Assembly: GCA_002269645.1 (NCBI GenBank)
Contig: NIVC01000989.1
Location: 1 to 64,000, forward strand
Direction of reading: 5' to 3'
DNA length: 64,000 nt
Source: Macrostomum lignano
Taxonomy: Eukaryota
Shown: positions 22,895 to 35,117 of the stretch, in pieces
How the letters are laid out: each line of letters starts with the position of its first letter
How positions within the stretch are numbered: the first letter of the stretch is position 1
The notes under the pieces: generated by a model
Database searches by the model: none
Told to the model about the DNA's origin: nothing
Seen by the model: only the letters and a program-made list of their open reading frames with translations
Made by a program: the position numbers and the translations under genes

Positions 22895-23985
22895 TCAAGG
22901 ATTAGGGGGGCGGATGGGTAACACACTCAAGGAGGATTAGGGGCGGATGGGTCACACACTCAAGGAGGATTAAGGAGCGGATGGGTCACACACTCATGGA
23001 GGATTAGGGGGCGGATTGGTAACACACTGGAAAAGGATTAGGGCGGATGGGTAACACACTCAAGGAGGATTAGGGGGCGGATGGGTAACACACTGGAAGA
23101 GGATAAGGGGGCGGATGGGTCACACACCCGTGGAGGATTAGGGGGCAGATGGGTCCCACACTGAAAGAGGATTAGGGGTCAGATGAGTAACACACCCGTG
23201 GAGGATTAGGGAGCGGACGGGTCACTCACTCGAGAATTAGGGGCGGATGGGTAACATTCAAGGAGGATTAGGGGGCGGGTGGGTCACACACTCAAGGAGG
23301 ATTAAGGAGCGGATGGGTCACACACTCAAGGAGGATTAGGGGGCGGATGGGTCACACACTCATGGAGGATTAGGGGGCGGATGGGTAACACACTGGAAAA
23401 GGATTAGGGGGCGGATGGGTAAAACACTCAAGGAGGATTAGGGGCGGATGGGTAACACACTGGAAGAGGATAAGGGGGCGGATGGGTCACACACCCGTGG
23501 AGGATTAGGGGGTAGATGGGTCCTACACTGAAAGAGGATTAGGGGTCGGATGAGTAACACACCCGTGGAGGATTAGGGCGGATGGGTAACACACTCATGG
23601 AGGATTAGGGGGCGGATGAGTAACACACTGGAAGAGGATAAGGGGGCGGATGGGTCACACACCCGTGGAGGATTAGGGGGCAGATGGGTCCCACACTGAA
23701 AGAGGATTAGGGGTCGGATGAGTAACACACCCGTGGAGGATTAGGGAGCGGACGGGTCACTCACTCGAGAATTAGGGGCGGATGGGTAACATTCAAGGAG
23801 GATTAGGGGGCGGATGGGTCACACACTCAAGGAGGATTAAGGAGCGGATGGGTCACACATTCAAGGAGGATTAGGGGGCGGATGGGTAACACACTGGAAA
23901 AAGATTAGGGGGCTGATGGGTCACACTCAAGGAGGATTAGGGGGCGGATGGATAACATCCAAGGAGGATTAGGGGGCGGATGGAC
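22895..23985. repeat. ~33-bp G-rich minisatellite filling POLR3E intron 6
   Basis: Tandem ggaggattagggggcggatgggtaacacactca variants. Confidence 0.95.
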
Positions 23986-24044
23986 AAAGCAGGGTGGATT
24001 AACATCAGGGAAGGAGATAAACACAAAAACCATTCAAAACTGAC

Positions 24045-24437
24045 CTTCTTAACAACATCCGGATTTCGTCGAATATACTCGGTGTCCTCGTCAAGCACAA
24101 AGGCTAGGCGCATTTTCGGGGCCCGATGAGGCTCTTGATGATGCTGATGCTGATGATGCTGCTGCCCAGAATCCCCTGTAGGCCTGACTATCCTAGAAAT
24201 TCTCGACAATATTTGCGAGATCTCTTCGCTAGGCATTTTCACCAGGGAAGCGACTTCTTTACGAGTGACGGTGCGGCCCTGGACAAACCGGCAGAGAATG
24301 TAGTCCCGACCGCGGCACAGCACCTCGGAGGGGACGCCGCTGTACATGCTGAGAGTGCCAGGCGGGTACAGGATCTCCGATTTCACCACCCATTGGCCGT
24401 GAACTAAGCAGGCGAGCTCATTTAGGTGACCGTGAAT
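24045..24437 (-). CDS. POLR3E: RPC5 coding exon 6
   Basis: LACLVHGQWVVKSEILYP and LCRGRDYIL match the RPC5 middle region. GTCAGT donor at 24044. The acceptor could instead give a start at 24416. Confidence 0.88.
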
Positions 24438-24464
24438 CTGCATTGAGGGTTTAGGGGAATTGAG

Positions 24465-25135
24465 ATCATGGGGATTCTGATTGATTTGATATGGGATTTT
24501 GATTGATTTGATATGGGATTTTGAATGATTTGAGATGGGATTTATATTGATTTGATGTGGGATTTTGATTGATTTGATATGGGATTTTGAATGATTTGAG
24601 ATGGGATTTATATTGATTTGATGTGGGATTTATATTGATTTGATGTGGGATTTTGAATTATTTGATATGGGATTTGAATGATTTGATATGGGATTTTGAA
24701 TGATTTGAGATGGGATTTTGAATGATTTGATATGGGATTTTGATTGATTTGATGTGGGATTTTGAATGATTTGATATGGGATTTGTATGATTTGATATGG
24801 GATTTGAATGATTTGATATGGGATTTTGAATGATTTGATATGGGATTTTGAATGATTTGAGATGGGATTTTGATTGATTTGATGTGGGATTTTGAATGAT
24901 TTGAAGTGGGATTTTGAATGATTTGATATGGGATTTGTATGATTTGATATGGGATTTGAATGATTTGATATGGGATTTTGAATGATTTGATATGGGATTT
25001 TGAATGATTTGAGATGGGATTTTGATTGATTTGATGTGGGATTTTGAATGATTTGAAGTGGGATTTTGAATGATTTGATATGGGATTTGTATGATTTGAT
25101 ATGGGATTTGAATGATTTGATATGGGATTTTGACC
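24465..25135. repeat. ~22-bp minisatellite filling POLR3E intron 5
   Basis: Tandem gatttgatatgggattttgaat variants. Confidence 0.95.
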
Positions 25136-25224
25136 TTAGATTTCAGATGGGATTTTTAATAATTTGTAATGGGACTTCGATTGACTTATTTTTGGCGGAT
25201 ATAAAAGTCAGCTGCTACACAAAC

Positions 25225-25493
25225 CTGCGTCAGCGACTCGGTCAGTTGCGCGTGCGACATGCCGCACTGCTTGAGCAAATCGACCAGTTGAGTCCATCGC
25301 AGCACGCATGCGCTTTTAAACAGGGCTCTCAGCCGTTCGTCGCAAGGCATCGCCTTCAGACGGGCCAGCGAGACTGACGGGCGTCCACAGTCGGCAACTG
25401 AGGCGGCGCATTCGTCGACGGACGAAACGGAGGACACCGGAGGGCACAGGCGGCTCAGGTACAGCTCGCTGCTGTTGCCACTGCTGCCCATTG
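25225..25493 (-). CDS. POLR3E: RPC5 coding exon 5
   Basis: SLARLKAMPCDERLRALFKSACVLRWTQLVDLL aligns with RPC5 SMAQLRTLPLADQIKILMK. TTTTCAG acceptor in phase 1; GTTTGT donor in phase 0. Confidence 0.88.
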
Positions 25494-25611
25494 CTGAAAA
25501 TTTGGTTGTAAAAAGATTTTTAGCATAATCTATGGCACACAAATTTACGGGTTTTGAATAGGCCTTATAAAGCAGTTAACTCGATGTACACCAGTGAACG
25601 CAAGACAGACG

Positions 25612-26215
25612 AAAATCAGCCTATGGGCAGGCCCAGTCTGGCTCAGCAAATGAGAGAGCAGTAAAGAGAGAAGTGAAAGTCAGAGGGACGAAACTCAGCC
25701 TAGGGCAGGCCCAGTCTAGCTCAGCCAATGAGAGAGCAGTAAAGAGAGAAGTGAAAGTCAGAGGGACGAAACTCAGCCTAGGGCAGGCCCAGTCTAGCTC
25801 AGCCAATGAGAGAGCAGTAAAGAGAGAAGTGAAAGTCAGAGGGACGAAACTCAGCCTAGGGCAGGCCCAGTCTAGCTCAGCCAATGAGAGAGCAGTAAAG
25901 AGAGAAGTGAAAGTCAGAGGGACGAAACTCAGCCTAGGGCAGGCCCAGTCTAGCTCAGCCAATGAGAGAGCAGTAAAGAGAGAAGTGAAAGTCAGAGGGA
26001 CGAAACTAAGCCTAGGGGGCAGGCCCAGTCTAGCTCAGCCAATAAGAGAGCAGTAAAGAGAGAAGTGAAAGTCAAAGGGAGGAAACTCAGCCTAGGGGCA
26101 GGCCCAGTCTAGCTCAGCCAATAAGAGAGCAGTAAAGAGAGAAGTGAAAGTCAAAGGGAGGAAACTCAGCCTAGGGGCAGGCCCAGTCTAGCTCAGACAA
26201 TGAGAGAACAATAAG
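25612..26215. repeat. 78-bp minisatellite in POLR3E intron 4
   Basis: About 7.5 nearly identical units with no unique spacers. Confidence 0.95.
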
Positions 26216-26413
26216 GAGAGAGACCAATTTTAGACGGGACAGAACATACGACGGATCCAGCCAGTGTAAATTGTGGCAGACCAAAGGTAAGACACAAAAG
26301 TCTGCAACTTTGATGCAAAAGCAACAGTGGATTAAATAAATCAAGACTCTGATTTCGTCAAACTCTTAGTCATCAAGTAAGAGTCTAAGCACATGAAAAA
26401 ATGAAAAACTTAC

Positions 26414-27005
26414 CACCAGCCTCCCTAGCTTCTCCACCAGTTTTAGGCACTGGTTCTCTCGTATCCATAGCAACCGGCTCGTTCTCGCTGTTGCTATTAA
26501 CAACGCCTAAAAGAAATTCGTCATTACTACGAAGAGGCTGATCCTCGTCAACTGACAGCCACTGGCATCCAGTCCAGGGTTCCTGTTCGAGCAGCCGCTG
26601 GCAGACTCGGTAGCTCTGCTCCCTACGCTGACGAGCTTCCGGAGTCTCCTGTCGAGCGAAGCGCAGAGTGACGGCTCTGGCAGCGTCTGCATCGTCGCCA
26701 GCTGCACCAGCATTCGACTGCTGCTCGGTCGAAGATTTTGCTGCCGCCGAGTCCAGATGCTCCAGCACAGGCTGCATTACTAGTCTAGCCGTAGACGAGA
26801 TCGGGCAAAGAGTCAATCTGTTGTCATGGAAACGGGCCACAACGAAACGATTTTGCTGTTGCTGACCAGCTTTGGGCATTGAGCGGAGCAGCTGACGGTC
26901 AAACTGACCGCGTGGAAACTGCTCTGGGGCCAGCTGGCCCAGCTCTTGGCCTCGGTGGCGCTCGTAGTTGGGCGACTTCGTGTCCACTGCGAGTGACAGC
27001 TCGGC
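26414..27005 (-). CDS. POLR3E: RPC5 coding exon 4 (Sin-like N-terminal domain)
   Basis: Contains AELSLAVDTKSPNY, RLTLCPISSTARLVMQPVLEHLD and AVTLRFARQETPEARQRREQSY...QEPW, typical RPC5 motifs. GTAAGT donor in phase 1. Confidence 0.92.
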
Positions 27006-27036
27006 CTTTTGGTTGATTGATTAATTGGCCGGTTGA

Positions 27037-28516
27037 TGACTGACTGACTGACTGACTGACTGACTGACTGACTGACTGACTGACTGACTGACTGACTGAC
27101 TGACTGACTGACTGACTGACTGACTGACTGACTGACTGACTGACTGACTGACTGACTGACTGACTGACTGACTGACTGACTGACTGACTGACTGACTGAC
27201 TGACTGACTGACTGACTGACTGACTGACTGACTGACTGACTGACTGACTGACTGACTGACTGACTGACTGACTGACTGACTGACTGACTGACTGACTGAC
27301 TGACTGACTGACTGACTGACTGACTGACTGACTGACTGACTGACTGACTGACTGACTGACTGACTGACTGACTGACTGACTGACTGACTGACTGACTGAC
27401 TGACTGACTGACTGACTGACTGACTGACTGACTGACTGACTGACTGACTGACTGACTGACTGACTGACTGACTGACTGACTGACTGACTGACTGACTGAC
27501 TGACTGACTGACTGACTGACTGACTGACTGACTGACTGACTGACTGACTGACTGACTGACTGACTGACTGACTGACTGACTGACTGACTGACTGACTGAC
27601 TGACTGACTGACTGACTGACTGACTGACTGACTGACTGACTGACTGACTGACTGACTGACTGACTGACTGACTGACTGACTGACTGACTGACTGACTGAC
27701 TGACTGACTGACTGACTGACTGACTGACTGACTGACTGACTGACTGACTGACTGACTGACTGACTGACTGACTGACTGACTGACTGACTGACTGACTGAC
27801 TGACTGACTGACTGACTGACTGACTGACTGACTGACTGACTGACTGACTGACTGACTGACTGACTGACTGACTGACTGACTGACTGACTGACTGACTGAC
27901 TGACTGACTGACTGACTGACTGACTGACTGACTGACTGACTGACTGACTGACTGACTGACTGACTGACTGACTGACTGACTGACTGACTGACTGACTGAC
28001 TGACTGACTGACTGACTGACTGACTGACTGACTGACTGACTGACTGACTGACTGACTGACTGACTGACTGACTGACTGACTGACTGACTGACTGACTGAC
28101 TGACTGACTGACTGACTGACTGACTGACTGACTGACTGACTGACTGACTGACTGACTGACTGACTGACTGACTGACTGACTGACTGACTGACTGACTGAC
28201 TGACTGACTGACTGACTGACTGACTGACTGACTGACTGACTGACTGACTGACTGACTGACTGACTGACTGACTGACTGACTGACTGACTGACTGACTGAC
28301 TGACTGACTGACTGACTGACTGACTGACTGACTGACTGACTGACTGACTGACTGACTGACTGACTGACTGACTGACTGACTGACTGACTGACTGACTGAC
28401 TGACTGACTGACTGACTGACTGACTGACTGACTGACTGACTGACTGACTGACTGACTGACTGACTGACTGACTGACTGACTGACTGACTGACTGACTGAC
28501 TGACTGACTGACTGAC
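27037..28516. repeat. Perfect (TGAC)n microsatellite, ~370 units
   Basis: Uninterrupted tetranucleotide array in POLR3E intron 3. Confidence 0.99.
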
Positions 28517-29198
28517 TGATTGAAATGAAAATGAATCGACGACTTTTAACAATTAAAATAGGGTGCTAATTTTTTAAACAAAATCATACATTGAATTTTG
28601 CATTCTAAAATTACATTGCCTGCAATGCCTCTATAGCCAAATGGCAGATTTTGTCAATATTTCTTTTGCTTTAAATTAAAGTCAAGAGATTTAAAAGGCA
28701 AAGCAATAATACAATAGCTTAGTAATGTAGGCCTAGCCTTACATATAAATAAAAAAACCTTTCTATTAAGAACAATATATGCATTTAAGATAAGCAGCTA
28801 CAACTAGAATGTCTTGATTTCCATGCTTTTTATTGCCTATACTTTGAGCACTGGAGATTGCTTTCTGGTGCCCTAGTTTATGATGCCTAAATAATAAAGT
28901 CATCTTAAAACAATAAAATAAATGTTTTACAAAACTTTTTATTTTCCTGATAAAAGTAGTGTCCTTTTAGTTAAACTAGCATACTTCTTTAATTTTTAAA
29001 AAGCTATTTAATTAAATTGCATTTGCTGAATATCCATATTTTTTATAATACTCCACTTAGACTATATGCTAAGAAGATTTAGCTAAGGCTTAGGCACCAA
29101 AAAGTGTGGATACTAATGTTTTCATAAAAGATTTATAAAGAATATATATTGTTATTGTTAGTAAAAAAAATACAATAGATTAATAGACAAAAACTTAC

Positions 29199-29276
29199 AC
29201 ATTGTGCTTTTGGTTTATATTTGCAATCAATTATAGATGATGGCTTCAATGGATTATCCTTTGGCCTGTTTGGAAA
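29199..29276 (-). CDS. POLR3E: RPC5 coding exon 3 (78 nt, absent from the ORF track)
   Basis: TTTTCAG|FPNRPKDNPLKPSSIIDCKYKPKAQC|GTAAGT matches RPC5 YPVRP...KIKPKQQK. Confidence 0.85.
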
Positions 29277-29372
29277 CTGAAAATCAGTATAAAGGAATGC
29301 ATTTCTGAAGGTAGGAAAGTTTAATTTATATTAAATTAAAAAAGCCTAAAGAAAATTAAAATTTTATCTTAC

Positions 29373-29423
29373 CTCGAATAGAAGTAAATCATGTATAGCT
29401 TGCTTTGACAAGTAGACAGGAAT
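29373..29423 (-). CDS. POLR3E: RPC5 coding exon 2 (51 nt)
   Basis: TTTCAG|IPVYLSKQAIHDLLLFE|GTAAGA matches RPC5 IDVYLAKSLAEKLYLFQ. Confidence 0.85.
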
Positions 29424-29447
29424 CTGAAATTAAAATATACAAATATG

Positions 29448-29479
<32 letters not shown>

Positions 29480-29726
29480 ATTCAGTTTCCATAATGGCAT
29501 ATCAATAAAATGCTTAGGGATACATACATAGCATGATAATAAAAATAGGAGTTTGAACTAGGCAACTTTGTTTCAAACTGCCCAAGTGATAATATATTTA
29601 TGCAACCTTTTGAACTAGGACTATCTGGCTTACCAGCCAACTTGCTATGGCTATTATTAAATAGTTTCTTGCATTATTTAATTGGTTTACAAAGTGATTA
29701 ATAGTTTAATTTTAAAATGTATTTAC

Positions 29727-29744
29727 CTCCTTCACTACCGACAT
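29727..29744 (-). CDS. POLR3E: RPC5 coding exon 1 (ATG, 18 nt)
   Basis: ATG at 29744, MSVVKE|GTAAAT, matches RPC5 PVVQE. The eight exons sum to 2337 nt, an open 778-aa frame. Confidence 0.75.
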
Positions 29745-31180
29745 CAAACCTCAATGAAAAGCTTAAGGAAAGCATAAACTGAAAATTAGGCTAGCAATAT
29801 CCTGAGGCACTGAAGAACAAATAACAGAAACGATAGAGTCATCAAATAATTAATAATCAGGTGAACTTGAGTGTTATAAAGTAATTTCGTGCACGACCAA
29901 CCAAAAGTTTCCTTGAAAATATCGTTAATTAGAAATTTTCAGATTTATTGTTAGTAAAACAAATATTTGTTTCTTGAACAATACAAAATATGATAAAAAC
30001 TCTTTTTATAGTAACACAAATAAAAAAGTTTAATTGTATTATCAGTTTCAAATAATATTACAGAAACGTTTAACTTTCAATTAAACATCGAACCTGCTTG
30101 CTTTGAACATAAATATAATTTTTTCGATCCGCTTTAATTAATTTTGTCTTCTTTCAAGAAAGGATTTGCTAAATTATATAGAAATGGAGGCTATTATTCT
30201 CTTTGTGATTAAAATACAGGTTGCTGGTCGTGTGGATGCGAAAAGACAACCACGGTTTTAGACAATATTCTCTATTTCTTTATTCCACTGGTTGAGATAT
30301 CAGAGTGATGCATTCTTTTCAATGGCTCCATTCCCCTCTATACTGATCGTTTTTGGTGACCTAGTAAGGGATCTAACATCCAAAGATCACACAGCTTCTT
30401 GCGCTTTCACTTTTGAACTACTGTTACAACAATTAATTCTCATAGTTGCATAGTATAAAAATGATTTGTAGGTGTACTCGATCTTCGAATGTCAAACTTA
30501 TTTGTATATGGGACTTATTTTAACCGCATTTTTTATTTGAGCAATAATAATAAAGCTGTTAATGAAACGCATGCATACGCACATGAATTGCTAAAAAGCA
30601 GCAGGCCAGCCAATCTTATTCATAAGGCAACAAAAAAACTGCGGACGGAGTAAAAAATTAATAACACATTTTTGCAATTTTGGATTTTGGAATTTAAAAA
30701 GAAAAAAGTGCAATCTTTACATCAGAAGACAGCTCACGAGTCTATAGGATTGCGTGCAACTAGTACAAAAAACAAAAAGGCAAATGCCTCAAGCATCACC
30801 GATATGGAGAATGCAAACATTCTTAAATTACTAGACGTCTTGGATCGATCCAAGTACATAAATTCAAATAAGCTTCAAGCGCGCTACGTTACTTTTGTAA
30901 TTTGATTTAAAACAATATGTGAACCGGTCAAAGCTGCAAGCATTATAACAATTTCAAGAATGGCCGTTTAAACTTACACGTACATTTGTCACCAAGGTAA
31001 ATTTGTAACAAGCATATTTCAACTAAATAATGATTCTGCAACGAATGTAAACAATTACCGTACTTCCTGATTCTAGTTCGTTATCTAGAATTTAAATTAC
31101 GACTTGATTCTAAGAAATCGATGACGGGGAATTTTTGCTTTATAAAGTCTAAAGATTCAATTAGTCATTAAAATTAAAAA

Positions 31181-31744
31181 TCAAGCGCCACTTTGACTGT
31201 CAAACACTCGCTTATGAGCGGTCACTTTAGGCAGAATCTGATCAATACGATCAACGCCGAGCACCGTCATGAGGCTCTTAACGAGCTCTTCAAACACCGG
31301 AAAAAATTGGTCGTATTCTTCTAGTCGATCGAACGCTAGTTGGACATCCTCGTGACTGAAAATCTCTTGGATTTTATCGTTGACAGCCAACCTTTCGAGT
31401 TGCATCAGCCGGTCAACAGCGCTGACCACAGCTTCCATGGGAGTTTGTTCAACAAATCCCAGGGACTCTTTAATACTGTTCATAGCGTTGCGACAGACGC
31501 CCAACTCTGTGTAGATTGAATTCATTTTCGTGCAAACTCCCGACAACTGAGCAACGTCGAATAGCCTACGGAAATGATCCACCATGCCGAGGAGCATCGA
31601 ATGAGGCGGCTGCTGCTGGGAACCGGAAGCTCCAGCTGAATCACTACTAGCGACACCATTCAAGTCTGTTGGAGCCAGCTCATAATTCTCGTCCGATGCC
31701 ATTCGATCGATTGCGGCGATCAAGCTGACCGTGTCTGGGGCGGC
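31181..31744 (-). CDS. CEP70: Centrosomal protein 70, terminal exon
   Basis: HFRRLFDVAQLSGVCTKMNSIYTELG...LEEYDQFFPVFEELV matches the CEP70 C-terminal region. CTTCTCCAG acceptor in phase 0. Confidence 0.88.
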   Translation of the reverse strand, partial: AAPDTVSLIAAIDRMASDENYELAPTDLNGVASSDSAGASGSQQQPPHSMLLGMVDHFRRLFDVAQLSGVCTKMNSIYTELGVCRNAMNSIKESLGFVEQTPMEAVVSAVDRLMQLERLAVNDKIQEIFSHEDVQLAFDRLEEYDQFFPVFEELVKSLMTVLGVDRIDQILPKVTAHKRVFDSQSGA

Positions 31745-31764
31745 CTGGAGAAGAGGTAGTTATA

Positions 31765-32712
31765 TAGGGGGTTTAGAAGCGAATATTCAGGTGGGTTTAG
31801 GGGCGGATATCGAGATGAGTTTAGGGGCGGATATCGAGATGAGTTTAGGGGCGGATATCGAGATGAGTTTAGGGGCGGATATCGAGATGAGTTTAGGGGC
31901 GGATATCGAGATGAGTTTAGGGGCGGATATCGAGATGAGTTTAGGGGCGGATATCGAGATGAGTTTAGGGGCGGATATCGAGATGAGTTTAGGGGCGGAT
32001 ATCGAGATGAGTTTAGGGGCGGATATCGAGATGAGTTTAGGGGCGGATATCGAGATGAGTTTAGGAGCGGCTATTCAGGTGGGTTTAGGGGCGGATATCC
32101 ATGTGGGTTTAGGGGCGGATATCCATGTGGGTTTAGGGGCGGATATCCATGTGGGTTTAGGGGCGGATATCCATGTGGGTTTAGGGGCGGATATCCATGT
32201 AGGTTTAGGGGCGGATATCCATGTGGGTTTAGGGGCGGATATCCATGTAGGTTTAGGGGCGGATATCCATGTAGGTTTAGGGGCGGATATCCATGTGGGT
32301 TTAGGGGCGGATATCCATGTGGGTTTAGGGGCGGATATTTAGGTAGGTTTAGGGGCGGATATCCATGTAGGTTTAGGGGCGGATATCCATGGGGTTTAGG
32401 GGCCGATATCGAGATGGGTTTAGAAGCGGATATAGCGAGGTTTAGGGGCGGATATACAGTTGGCTTTAAGGGTGGATATCCCGGTGGGTTTAGGGGTGGA
32501 TATCCAGGTGGGTTTAGGTGCGGATATCCAGGGGGGTTTAGGGGCGGATATCTAGGTAGGTTTAGGCGCGAACATCTAGGTAGGTTTAGGGGCGGATATC
32601 CAGTTGGCTTTAAGGGTGGATATCCAGGTGGGTTTAGGGTCAGGGGTTTTAGGGGTGGATATCTAGGTGGGTTTAGGTGTGGATATCCAAGGGGTTTAAG
32701 GGCGGATATCGA
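31765..32712. repeat. 24-bp minisatellite filling CEP70 intron 3
   Basis: Tandem gtttaggggcggatatc(gagatga/catgtgg) units, in two subarrays plus a degenerate end. Confidence 0.95.
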
Positions 32713-32807
32713 TAAGTCAGATGTCTTTATAGAATCTTTATAGTATTAAAACATGCAAAATATTTACAGTACAGTGTACTGTACAGGAGGGTCAATAAAA
32801 TTCCCAC

Positions 32808-33489
32808 CTGTAGTTTTTCCACAGCCGACCAAGGATACAGTTGCATAAACAGGCGCTCCAAGGACTGCTGCAACTCTGGGAGCCGGATCAGCTGATCCCT
32901 CCACTGCTCCAGTACCGGAACCAGAAGGTTAACGCGATCTTTACTCTTCTGCGACTGATTGACAGATTTTTGCTGTTGATGTTGCTGAAGAAGATGCTGG
33001 GACGCTTCATCATCGAGTACAATGGCCTGTATCTTGGCCACTATAGGATGCGCAATGCCGTATGCATCCGATATGCTGACCAAATCTGTCAGAGCCTCGC
33101 GCAGCTGTTTCAGATCTTCGATGCCCAGCAGTCTGGCTGCGTCCTTGAGGTGTTTCTGGCACACCGACAATGGCAGCAGGTCGATGTCTTCCACTCGGGT
33201 GCTGAAATCTCGACCAGCTGCCGCCGTTGATGCCTCTTTGCCGATGTCGATGTTGTGCCGGCGAAGAAGTCGCTCGCATCGTTGCAGTTTCGACATCAGC
33301 AGTACGTGGTCGCTGTTGGTTGGCCGGGACTCCAGCTCGGTGCACAGCAGGTCGCGCTCGCTCTCTATGGACTGCAGCTGGTCCGTGAGGCTGGCGATCT
33401 GCCGGTTCAGCTGCTCGATGGTGACGCGGTAGCCTCGGCCCGGGACTGCCTGCAGGAGGTCCTCGGAGCCTCCGTCTGCTGCTGCTGCT
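32808..33489 (-). CDS. CEP70: CEP70 coding exon 3, 3' part (downstream of the retroelement)
   Basis: (A)n-DGGSEDLL...ELESRPTNSDHVLLMSKLQ... coiled coil. GTGGGA donor at 32807. Confidence 0.8.
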
Positions 33490-35117
33490 GTTGTTGTTGT
33501 TGTTGTTTTGGTGGTACGCGCCCAGGCAGAGCTAAGGGCAGTGTCTGGCCAGCGCTATCAACCCGAGGGGGTCGGCGGAAATGCTGCTGATGTCTGTCGT
33601 GGGTCCTCCAAGAAGGCGGAGCCTGGTGCCGGCGAGAGCTGGGCAGTCAAGCCAGTGTTCCAGGTCATCGCAGGGATGGCCGCAGCGGTGACATGCTGGG
33701 TCGACGGCCGGGTCGACAATGCTGCGATACGCGTTGAAAAGAGTGCAGTGACCTGAGCGTAAGCGCGCAAGAAGCACCGCATCGGCACGGTTGGTGATGG
33801 AGTCCTCTTCCAATTGACGGTTGAGAAGCCGGTACGCGTGCCGGGTGCGCTCGTGGCGTATCGGGGGATCGAGGACGGATCTTCTGATGACGTTTTTGGC
33901 GCTGTGGATGCTGATCTGACTAGCGGGAGACACGAGCGTGGTGGCCTCTTTGGCTGCTTGGTCGGCCAGCTCGTTGCCAGGAATATTCTGGTGGCCCGGA
34001 ACCCACTGCCAGGTGATTTCGGCAGATGCAGTAGGTAGTGCAGATCTGATTCTGGGGTTGCCGCTGGCCAGAGCGCGGAGCATAGATTGGCTGTCTGAGC
34101 AGATGTTGGTAGCCGCGGTGAGAGCAGCTTGGTTGATCCAGCCGATGGCGAGAGAGGCGGCGCGAAGCTCCTCTTCGAACGAGGATGTGGAGGGCGCGCC
34201 GCGCTGTTGAAGAGTCGCCAGGATGATAGGGTGGGCTGGGTCACCGGTCGTGACGATGGCTGAGGCGCCGCCATTGGTCGTGCCGCCTGATGCCGAGCCG
34301 TCGCAGTAGATGGTGATCAGGCCTGGGAGGTGGCGGATAGTGTCGATGGCCGTGGCAGTGCGCGCGGGACCGGGTTCCGGCAACGCCATGTCGACACGCA
34401 CGTCGGTAGAGAAAGGGTCCCAAGGCGGCGGACGAGCAGTGCAGATCATGGCGCGCGGCGTGACCGAGCTAGCAATGAGTGGCAGCAGGTCGGTGACGTG
34501 GTTCCGCCAACTGTTCCTGCGTAGCCTGTGCGCTGTGTTTCCAGTGGCGGCAATGCGGCACGGGTGAGAATCCGGGAGGCGCTGAGCTCTTTCGAAGGCC
34601 GTCAGGCATATAACATTGCTACCAGTGCGGACGGAGCAGATGCCAGCTTCCAGCCTAAGGGCCTCAACCGGAGTCGTGCGGTGTTGTCCTGTGACAATAC
34701 GAAGGGCTGCGTTCTGCGCTCTCTCCAGCTGTTGAAACGCGGATTCAGAGAGCCAAGGGTGCCAGGCCGGCGCAGCGAAGTTAATGATGCTAAGTTGCAT
34801 GGCACGGTAAATGCGGAGCAGGAGTTTTTTGGACCATCCCCATTCCTTGGAGGCCAGGCAGGCGAGGAGACGGCATCGGGAAGTGGTCCGATTGCACACG
34901 TGCTCCAGATGACTGCGGAAACTCAGAGTGCGGTCCAGTGTGAGGCCCAGCAGCCGCCGATCAGCCCCATAGGGTTGGTGCACCTTCTGGTGCGGTCAAA
35001 GGAGCTGCCTCATCGCGGCGACCCGGTTTTAACACCAAAGCTCCTAAGTCGTGGTCTTCAACCCATCTGCCCTCGCGTGCCTTCGGCACGGCTGGCAGGG
35101 AGACCGGTTGTTTTTTT
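33490..35117 (-). mobile_element. Truncated or internally deleted non-LTR retrotransposon of the I group (Ingi/I-like) with RNase H and a (CAA)n tail
   Basis: The 483-aa ORF has the RT C-terminus (LLGLTLDRTLSF, WGW), RNase H (IYCDGS, E-LRA, SDSQS, WVPGH..GNELAD) and a C-terminal CxxC...H...C finger after RLRSGH. The 3' tail is AAAAC(AAC)5, and an (AGC)4 duplication flanks both ends. Confidence 0.92.

Noticed and set aside
25612-26215. CRISPR-like appearance of regular repeats
   Set aside because: Head-to-tail units without unique spacers, no cas genes, and a eukaryotic intron context.
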